Under the pieces are notes generated by a model. It had not been told where the DNA came from. It saw nothing but the letters and a program-made list of their open reading frames with translations, and did not search any database. A stretch of 64,000 bases of DNA from Candidatus Woesebacteria bacterium (GTDB lineage: Bacteria > Patescibacteriota > Microgenomatia > UBA8517): NCBI GenBank assembly GCA_013426185.1, contig CP058602.1, positions 399,123 through 463,122 on the forward strand. The letters run 5' to 3'. A program made the position numbers and the translations under genes. Of the stretch, positions 57,822 through 64,000 are shown in pieces (positions within the stretch are counted from its first letter, which is position 1; every line of letters begins with the position of its first letter).

Positions 57822-58406
57822 TTATTCCACAAGTCCTTCCTGATCTCCAATAATCATTATTCTGCTTGAAGAGAGAATTCCCAATAAAAATGGGTCACGC
57901 CTTTTTTTCCTAAATTCAAATTCCTCCCGCGACATCACTGTATAATTTATTTCCATATTACGACTTGCTTCTTCATATCTTATTAGGGACGCAAGTTCCG
58001 GTAAGACAATATCTCCAACCACAAGAATATCTACTTCATCCTCTTTTAATCTCCTCTCTCTTTTTACAAATCGTTCAGAAAACATTACCCAGTTGACATT
58101 GCCTATTTTTCTTCTGTTTTCAATAATTTTTTCCCCTATACCTGTGGTTTTAGCAACCATCGAAAGAATATCCTCAAAAAATGGATAATCCTGCCTTGGC
58201 CAATAGTAAACTCTGTTACCTCGCACTTCTTTTTTAATGACACCAGCCTTCTCAAGTTTTTCAAGCCCAAGCCTGACTGCATTAATTTCTTCTTTAATCT
58301 CACGGGCAATACCTCTTACATGATAGAGCTCATTAATATTGGAAAAAAATAATTCCAAAAGCTTTACCCTAACCCGAGAAGTTATGATATCTGAAAGACT
58401 TGCCAT
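57822..58406 (-). CDS. winged-HTH protein with nucleotidyltransferase-like C-terminal domain
   Basis: SRVRVKLL...HVRGIAR...GNRVYY; EVDILVVG. Confidence 0.75.
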   Translation of the reverse strand: MASLSDIITSRVRVKLLELFFSNINELYHVRGIAREIKEEINAVRLGLEKLEKAGVIKKEVRGNRVYYWPRQDYPFFEDILSMVAKTTGIGEKIIENRRKIGNVNWVMFSERFVKRERRLKEDEVDILVVGDIVLPELASLIRYEEASRNMEINYTVMSREEFEFRKKRRDPFLLGILSSSRIMIIGDQEGLVE

Positions 58407-58424
58407 TTTAAGTTAAGGCAGGAA

Positions 58425-59627
58425 TTAATAATTGACTTTGTTGCCGATAGCTAAAATCTCTACCCAAATTGGACCTCTTACAAAAAAGATCTCTTTACCC
58501 TTTTTATCCCTAAAAATAATCATTGACTCTCGACTCTCTTTCTCCCAAGTTGCCTCAATCGCCTCACCATTTTGGAAAATCAAAGCATTCCCTTTACCTA
58601 TTGTTGTGTACAGATTATGTTTATTTCTGTCAACTGATGTTTTTTCTTGAGTAAAAATAATTGCCACATTCTTGGCTTTTATTTGCTCATTGTTCTCGTG
58701 ATCTTTATGTTCAACTCCGCCATTAAATCTTAAATACTCATTATTGGCAGGATTATATTTCCAAGTGACACTATATTCTGGCTTATTGCTCCAGAAGTCA
58801 AAAGATATTTCTTTCACTGACTGAGATTGAGATTTGCCATCAGCAAATCTCCACGGTTTAAAATTAATATCCCAAGAAACTCCATTTTTATCTTTGGCTG
58901 CAAAACCTCTCTTTTCTGCTTGCAAGTAAGCCTGATCAAGAGAAGCCATCATGGTATGTTCTGTCGCTACAGGGTGGTCAAGCCTATCATAATTGCGCCA
59001 AAAGACAGGATAGCCTGAATCGTAAGTTGTATCAAAATCATTACCCTGCGGGACTCTCCAACCCAAAGTCTGAAGGAGCTCAAGAGCGCGAGCTTCTTTT
59101 ATTGTATCGCCCGTTCCGGCAAAATCATTAGCACCTCCAACATGCATAAAGATAGGATTTTTACCATAGGCTGCAGCCAAATCAATGAAATAGACACGAG
59201 CAGACCTAACTGGCGCTACCTTAACATCTCCTGCTGCTGCGCCACAATAAAAAATGGCTAAAAATCGAGTAATTCCACCCTCTGCTACTGCCTCATAGAC
59301 AACATCAGCCTTAGAAATTCCAGATTGAGGCCTTGCATCAACCGAATTTTCTATGACAACAGCAATAGGCCTTCTTTTCTCCCAAACAGCTCTCTCAGGT
59401 TTACTAAACAAGGCCCCATTCAAAGGACATTCTTCAGTCTTGGGCAATCCTTCCCCAATCTTGGAACGAACCTGAGACAGATCACCTGAAACATCTACGT
59501 TATTTGAAGAAGATGTTTTACCACCAAGAAAAGAAAATATCGCAAGAGAAGCTCCTGCCGAAAAAAGATAAAGACCTAAAAAGGCCGATATCAACATAAT
59601 CCTTTTTGATGTTAGAAAATTTTTCAT
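58425..59627 (-). CDS. DUF3048 domain protein
   Basis: RPIAVVIENSVDARPQSG..ADVVYE..AEGGITRF, PVRSAR. Confidence 0.9.
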   Translation of the reverse strand: MKNFLTSKRIMLISAFLGLYLFSAGASLAIFSFLGGKTSSSNNVDVSGDLSQVRSKIGEGLPKTEECPLNGALFSKPERAVWEKRRPIAVVIENSVDARPQSGISKADVVYEAVAEGGITRFLAIFYCGAAAGDVKVAPVRSARVYFIDLAAAYGKNPIFMHVGGANDFAGTGDTIKEARALELLQTLGWRVPQGNDFDTTYDSGYPVFWRNYDRLDHPVATEHTMMASLDQAYLQAEKRGFAAKDKNGVSWDINFKPWRFADGKSQSQSVKEISFDFWSNKPEYSVTWKYNPANNEYLRFNGGVEHKDHENNEQIKAKNVAIIFTQEKTSVDRNKHNLYTTIGKGNALIFQNGEAIEATWEKESRESMIIFRDKKGKEIFFVRGPIWVEILAIGNKVNY

Positions 59628-60094
59628 TTTGTCTTGACCGCTTTTTCAAGAGCCTTCTTTTCCTCATCCGAAAGCTCATATTCGCTCTTTAAGTTCTTAA
59701 TAGGCTTCACATAGAGCCTCGTCCTCTCACGAGTGTGCAAACCTGTCATCACCCAACCATTATTTTTTCCATCCAAAAGAGCCAAAGAAAAACTATTATT
59801 ACCCCCTGTCTCATTGAAAGGATTAAATCTAATTAAACCCAACTTTTGAAAATGCGCCAATCCTTCTTCCGAATTCTTTCTTACCTCCTGTCTTAAACTC
59901 TCAACCGCTTTTATATTCTCCTTCTCCTTCTTAATTAAATCTTCAAAAATCTTAATAAACCCCTGTTTATCGTTGTCTTTAATTAGCCTGTTTAATCTCA
60001 GAAAGAACCAAAGAAATACTCCTGAGAGTACAACAAGATAAATACTAACAAAAAAAAGCCAAATAAAAAAGGGATTGTTAAAATCCATAACCAA
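59624..60094 (-). CDS. DUF4446 family protein
   Basis: RFNPFNETGGNNSFSLALLD...YVKPI...LSDEE. Confidence 0.88.
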   Translation of the reverse strand: MVMDFNNPFFIWLFFVSIYLVVLSGVFLWFFLRLNRLIKDNDKQGFIKIFEDLIKKEKENIKAVESLRQEVRKNSEEGLAHFQKLGLIRFNPFNETGGNNSFSLALLDGKNNGWVMTGLHTRERTRLYVKPIKNLKSEYELSDEEKKALEKAVKTK

Positions 60095-60215
60095 AAATCA
60101 AACTTGAAAACTTTAACATTGTCGCATCTTGACTTTTTTATGTCAAGACTTTCAATTTTATTTAAATACCGAAGCCTGCCCTTGTTTTCAATATAAAATT
60201 CGTATATAAATTAAA

Positions 60216-60497
60216 ATGATGAGCGAGCGAAGAACTAAAGAGAAAAAGAGCATGGCTAACTATCAATTTCTCCTAAAATTAAACCAGGAGGGCTCAACTC
60301 CCAAGATAAGCTTTGTTAAGCCAGAATCATCCATACAAATTACAAAAGAAAAACAGAATATACCCGTCCAAAAAAACACAACAAAACCCCTAAGCGAAGT
60401 CGGTATCACTTTCATAAAAAGGGATATCTTCAAAAGTCTGAGCCTGGCAACTTTCATCTTAGTCTTAGAGATAGTGCTATACTTTGTTCTTAGATAG
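60216..60497 (+). CDS. hypothetical protein with C-terminal TM
   Basis: IKRDIFKSL followed by a hydrophobic tail. Confidence 0.6.
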   Translation: MMSERRTKEKKSMANYQFLLKLNQEGSTPKISFVKPESSIQITKEKQNIPVQKNTTKPLSEVGITFIKRDIFKSLSLATFILVLEIVLYFVLR

Positions 60498-60509
60498 GGG
60501 GTGAGAAAC

Positions 60510-60644
60510 ATGATGTATTGCGTTAAGTGCCGATCTAAAAGAGAAGGCAAAAACAAGACAGAAGTTGCTCTTAAAAACGGCAAGAAGGCGACAAAAGCAA
60601 TCTGTGAAGTTTGTGGCACCACTATGTTTAAGATCGGAGGCTAA
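60510..60644 (+). CDS. DUF5679 small zinc-ribbon protein (44 aa)
   Basis: Not in the ORF track; [12 protein letters not shown]...[24 protein letters not shown] with SD GGGGGTGA. Confidence 0.85.
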   Translation: MMYCVKCRSKREGKNKTEVALKNGKKATKAICEVCGTTMFKIGG

Positions 60645-60703
60645 AACCACCCTTATTGAAAAGTACAAAAGAGAATTTGAAAGTGGGTTTGTGTTTCCAA
60701 AAA

Positions 60704-61315
60704 ATGGTTAGCATTAAAAAAGTTCTAGCTACTTTCCAAAAAAAACCTCTAAATGTTCCTCTTGAGGTCTATAAAGATGATTACAAAATATTAATTTCGA
60801 CGCTTTTATCTTCAAGAACAAAGGATGAAACCACATTTAAAGCTGCTGAAAGACTCTTCAAAAAAGCTCCCAATTTTAAAAAACTAAGTGTCTTAAAACA
60901 GAAAGAAATTGAAATACTTATTTATCCTGTCGGCTTTTACAAAACAAAAGCAAAACATCTAAAAGAATTATCCAAGATAATCCTAAAGAAATATCAAGGC
61001 AAAGTGCCTGTAACAAGAACCGACCTTGTCAGTTTGCCTGGTGTGGGAAGAAAAACAGCCAATTTAGTCTTGAATCGAGCTTTCAAAAAACCCGCAATCG
61101 CCGTTGACACTCATGTCCATAAAATTAGTAATCTTTTGGGTTGGGTAAAGACAAAAACACCAGAAGAAACAGAAAAAGAGTTGATCAAAATTGTGCCCAA
61201 AAAATATTGGAAGGATATAAACCGTCTTTTTGTTTCAATAGGAAGGCAATATAACACAAAAGAAAAGTTAGTTGGTTTCTTAAAAGAAAAGGGGCTTATT
61301 GGTAAGCAGCAATAG
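60704..61315 (+). CDS. nth: endonuclease III (HhH-GPD), without Fe-S cysteines
   Basis: [35 protein letters not shown]. Confidence 0.9.
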   Translation: MVSIKKVLATFQKKPLNVPLEVYKDDYKILISTLLSSRTKDETTFKAAERLFKKAPNFKKLSVLKQKEIEILIYPVGFYKTKAKHLKELSKIILKKYQGKVPVTRTDLVSLPGVGRKTANLVLNRAFKKPAIAVDTHVHKISNLLGWVKTKTPEETEKELIKIVPKKYWKDINRLFVSIGRQYNTKEKLVGFLKEKGLIGKQQ

Positions 61316-61925
61316 CCACTCCAAAACCATTCTGGGCATAGGTACAACCCCAAACATACTCGCCACCTGTTAAAAGCTTCTTGTGACCCAAAGTGTCAAG
61401 CCAACTATCAACCGCTTCCTGAGGTGAACTTGCTCCAGCTATTAAAAATTCGCTAATATTATACCTTTCAAAAATCCATTTTAAATCAGGCCGTCTTTTA
61501 GGAAGATTAGAAAAACCTTCATGCCCATCAAGTTTGCCAAGTTCTAAGAGCTCGTTTAGACGAATCGAGGCAATGGTGCAAAGCTCGTCAGCTTGTTTTA
61601 AGGGGTTAACTCCATGTTCAACTCGAGATTTGTTTACGGCCTCCCAAAGCTGCGGGCCTGTCCAATCAACACTTTTCTTTTTTGGCGGCAAAGAAGGCGA
61701 AACTATTAAAGTCGGCACCGGAGTTTTCGTAGATAAACCTGAACCTTCTTCCTGCCTAGACTTAATTTGGGATAAATAATTAGAAAACTCATTTATACTT
61801 GAAATTTCTCCCTTCTTAAACCCCAGCAAATAGGCAACTACCACCAACGAAATTACCAAAAAGACAACAAAAATAAAGTAAAAGACATCAAAAATGATTC
61901 TCCAATTAATTTTCATTTGAATCAA
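61296..61925 (-). CDS. CAP/SCP domain protein
   Basis: [29 protein letters not shown]; N-terminal TM. Confidence 0.85.
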   Translation of the reverse strand: MIQMKINWRIIFDVFYFIFVVFLVISLVVVAYLLGFKKGEISSINEFSNYLSQIKSRQEEGSGLSTKTPVPTLIVSPSLPPKKKSVDWTGPQLWEAVNKSRVEHGVNPLKQADELCTIASIRLNELLELGKLDGHEGFSNLPKRRPDLKWIFERYNISEFLIAGASSPQEAVDSWLDTLGHKKLLTGGEYVWGCTYAQNGFGVAIAAYQ

Positions 61926-62352
61926 GGATAATGGTCACAGGCCCATCAAGCTCCAAGCTGATCTTCATATAACTTCCAAATTTACCAGTCTCCACCTCGA
62001 TACCCAAATTCTTTAGCTTTTCTATAAAAAGATTATAAAGTTTTAAAGCAAGTTCCGGCTCTGCTGCTTTAATAAAAGATGGTCTGTTACCACCTTTAGT
62101 GTCAGCATAAAGAGTAAACTGAGAAACAACAAGCACTTTACCTTCCACATCCTTAACTGCAAGATTTATTTTTCCCTTTTCATCAGACATTACCCTTAAT
62201 TTGGCTAGTTTTTCTGCAAGAAAAAGAGCATCCTCTTCTTTATCTCCTTTTGAAACTCCAAGAAGCACAAAAAGACCTCTCTTGATTTTACCCACAATTT
62301 TTCCCTCGTTTTTTACTTCAGCTTGATCTACCCTTTGCATAATAAGCCTCAT
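61906..62352 (-). CDS. dtd: D-aminoacyl-tRNA deacylase
   Basis: QRV, SQFTL, GNRPSF, DGPVT. Confidence 0.96.
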   Translation of the reverse strand: MRLIMQRVDQAEVKNEGKIVGKIKRGLFVLLGVSKGDKEEDALFLAEKLAKLRVMSDEKGKINLAVKDVEGKVLVVSQFTLYADTKGGNRPSFIKAAEPELALKLYNLFIEKLKNLGIEVETGKFGSYMKISLELDGPVTIILDSNEN

Positions 62353-62451
62353 AAGTCAATTCTATCAGATTTTAATGGAGAGATAACAATTTATCAAAGC
62401 TTAATTCCCAAAGCTCATAAGTGTAGATTACAATAGTTGTTTAGATTTCTT

Positions 62452-62826
62452 TCAGACATCATCTTCTTTCTTGAGATAACGATTAATTGAAACCAGATTC
62501 TCTCCTGTAAGAACAACAAACGATTCACCATTACTTTTAAGGTTTCCGATTTGCCTTACCTTACAACTGGATCTGAAAAGATGCTTTTTTGGAGTCTCTG
62601 TCACTTCAACAAGCTTTGATTTGCCTGCTTTGAGATTAGTAACTCTGAAATCAATTAACGAAGAACCACCATTACCATTTTGATGATTATGACCATTAAT
62701 TGGCACCTGATACTCCAACTTGATATGAGGCTTACCAAGACAAGCTTCGGCAAAAGTCCTTTCTCCCCAATTTTTGATTCTTTCAAGATCTTGAAATGTT
62801 AAAATTTTTACATTTTCAGTACTCAA
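62452..62826 (-). CDS. hypothetical protein, possibly PD-(D/E)XK fold
   Basis: E...IDF...LVEVT pattern. Confidence 0.5.
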   Translation of the reverse strand: MSTENVKILTFQDLERIKNWGERTFAEACLGKPHIKLEYQVPINGHNHQNGNGGSSLIDFRVTNLKAGKSKLVEVTETPKKHLFRSSCKVRQIGNLKSNGESFVVLTGENLVSINRYLKKEDDV

Positions 62827-63041
62827 TTGTTTAACGGCAGACTAAAAAGGAAATTACTATTTAAAAAGTAAATTTTCAACCCCCAAAAATGCTTAAAATT
62901 GTAATAGAATTAAACACATAAAAATATCTATATTTTCAATCCATATTTATAAAAATATGAGTTTTTACATCTTACTAATCTTTAGACTTTCAAAAAGGCA
63001 AAAACATCCTCTCTAAATTTTTTGGCATTCAACCAAAATTG

Positions 63042-63659
63042 CTAATCTTCGCGGAGACGGTATTGAAGAGCCTCGGCTAAATGATTGACAGCAATTTCTT
63101 TATCAGAAGATAAATCAGCAATTGTCCTTGCCACTTTTATAACTTTAAAATAAGCGCGCGCTGAAAGATTAAGGCTCGAGATCGCGCTTCTTAATATTGT
63201 GCGACACTCATCGGATAGGGGACAGTATTTTTTAACATCTTTTGTCCCCATCTCAGCATTTGATTTGAGCTTTGTTCCTTGAAAACGCTTTGTTTGTGCT
63301 TCCCTTGCCTTCTGAACTCGCTTCTGGATTTCCTTTGAAGTCTCTGCCTTGTTTTGGCTTGAGAAACCAATTTTTGCGTCTCAACTGATGGAACCTCAAT
63401 ATGAAGGTCAATTCTATCAAGAATTGGCCCTGAGATTCTTTTCTGATATCTTGAGATCTGGCCTGGCGCACATTTGCAAGGCCTTTTAGGATCGCCAAAA
63501 TAGCCGCAAGGACAAGGGTTTGAGGCGGCGACTAAAAGAAACTGAGCAGGATAGGTAACTGAGCCTCTGGCGCGGGAAATCGAAACTTTTCCATCTTCCA
63601 AGGGTTGCCTTAAACTTTCCAAAACATTGCGCGGAAACTCAGGAAATTCATCCAGAAAT
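63042..63659 (-). pseudogene. comM: 3' half of ComM/YifB Mg-chelatase-like ATPase, interrupted and frameshifted
   Basis: [37 protein letters not shown], then a frame change near 63355-63375 into [10 protein letters not shown]...LSARAY..ARTIADL..AEALQYR; sequence upstream of FLDE is unrelated to ComM. Confidence 0.85.
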
Positions 63660-63746
63660 CGGAATCCTCGAAGGACAAATAAAAAAGGCTTCATAACCTC
63701 TTAAATTATCCCACAAAATTAAGGCGCAATCCCAGGGCAAAAAACC

Positions 63747-64000
63747 ATGACTGCCCAAAGATTGTCACAAATTCAAACTCTAAGGAAGCGAAATGTCAAG
63801 CGATTTTTAGATTGGGACGCAAACACCGACATTCTCAAAGACTACTTCGCAGGGTTGACCCTCGAACAAATGGTCGCCAAAAACGGTAAAGACTCTTATG
63901 CAGTAAATAGAATCCTCCTCACCAACATATCCGAAAACTGGGAACGAGACAGGCGCATCCTAAGCGATTACCTCTACTCTCCGCTGTCGATAAAAGATAT
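63747..64000 (+). CDS. hypothetical protein, partial (likely first gene of an element inserted in comM)
   Basis: Open frame from ATG 63747 (MTAQRLSQIQTLRKRNVKRF...) to the window end. Confidence 0.5.
   Translation, partial: MTAQRLSQIQTLRKRNVKRFLDWDANTDILKDYFAGLTLEQMVAKNGKDSYAVNRILLTNISENWERDRRILSDYLYSPLSIKD

Noticed and set aside
63253-63498. 81-aa ORF inside comM
   Set aside because: An off-frame product; the ComM sequence is carried by the other two frames.

Overview
AT-rich bacterial chromosome segment, most likely from a Patescibacteria/CPR (Microgenomates-like) genome. That assignment is inferred from compact housekeeping genes (tgt, secA, rarA, xseAB, hisS, gltX, GAD-less aspS, short rel, recJ, cca, secDF, nth, dtd), DUF3048/DUF4446/DUF5679 genes and a general lack of Shine-Dalgarno motifs. 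The standout is a ~11.7-kb, visibly more GC-rich minus-strand operon (11.3-23.04 kb) built like an rRNA operon although it encodes proteins. A perfect TTGACA-17-TATAAT promoter is followed by five gene modules. Each module starts with hairpin + boxA-like motif (GCACHTTRAMA) + a 13-16 nt arm that is exactly complementary to an arm just downstream of that module's last gene, 1.5-3.4 kb away, using three different arm sequences. The operon also holds a non-canonical tRNA-like spacer element, and encodes a divergent Rho paralogue plus a T4SS/conjugation-like set (ATPase, SLT+M23 hydrolase, polytopic membrane proteins, pilin-like protein). Other accessory features: a GT2/UbiA/EEP/kinase cluster beside an IS481-type remnant, an ArsR-ArsP-thioredoxin operon, a GIY-YIG gene wedged between a decorated half copy and an intact copy of tRNA-Gln, a PP2C gene with an in-frame TGA, heptamer-periodic intergenic repeats, REP-like palindromes, and a comM gene interrupted at its FLDE motif at the right edge. 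All family calls come from motif recognition by eye; no searches were run.
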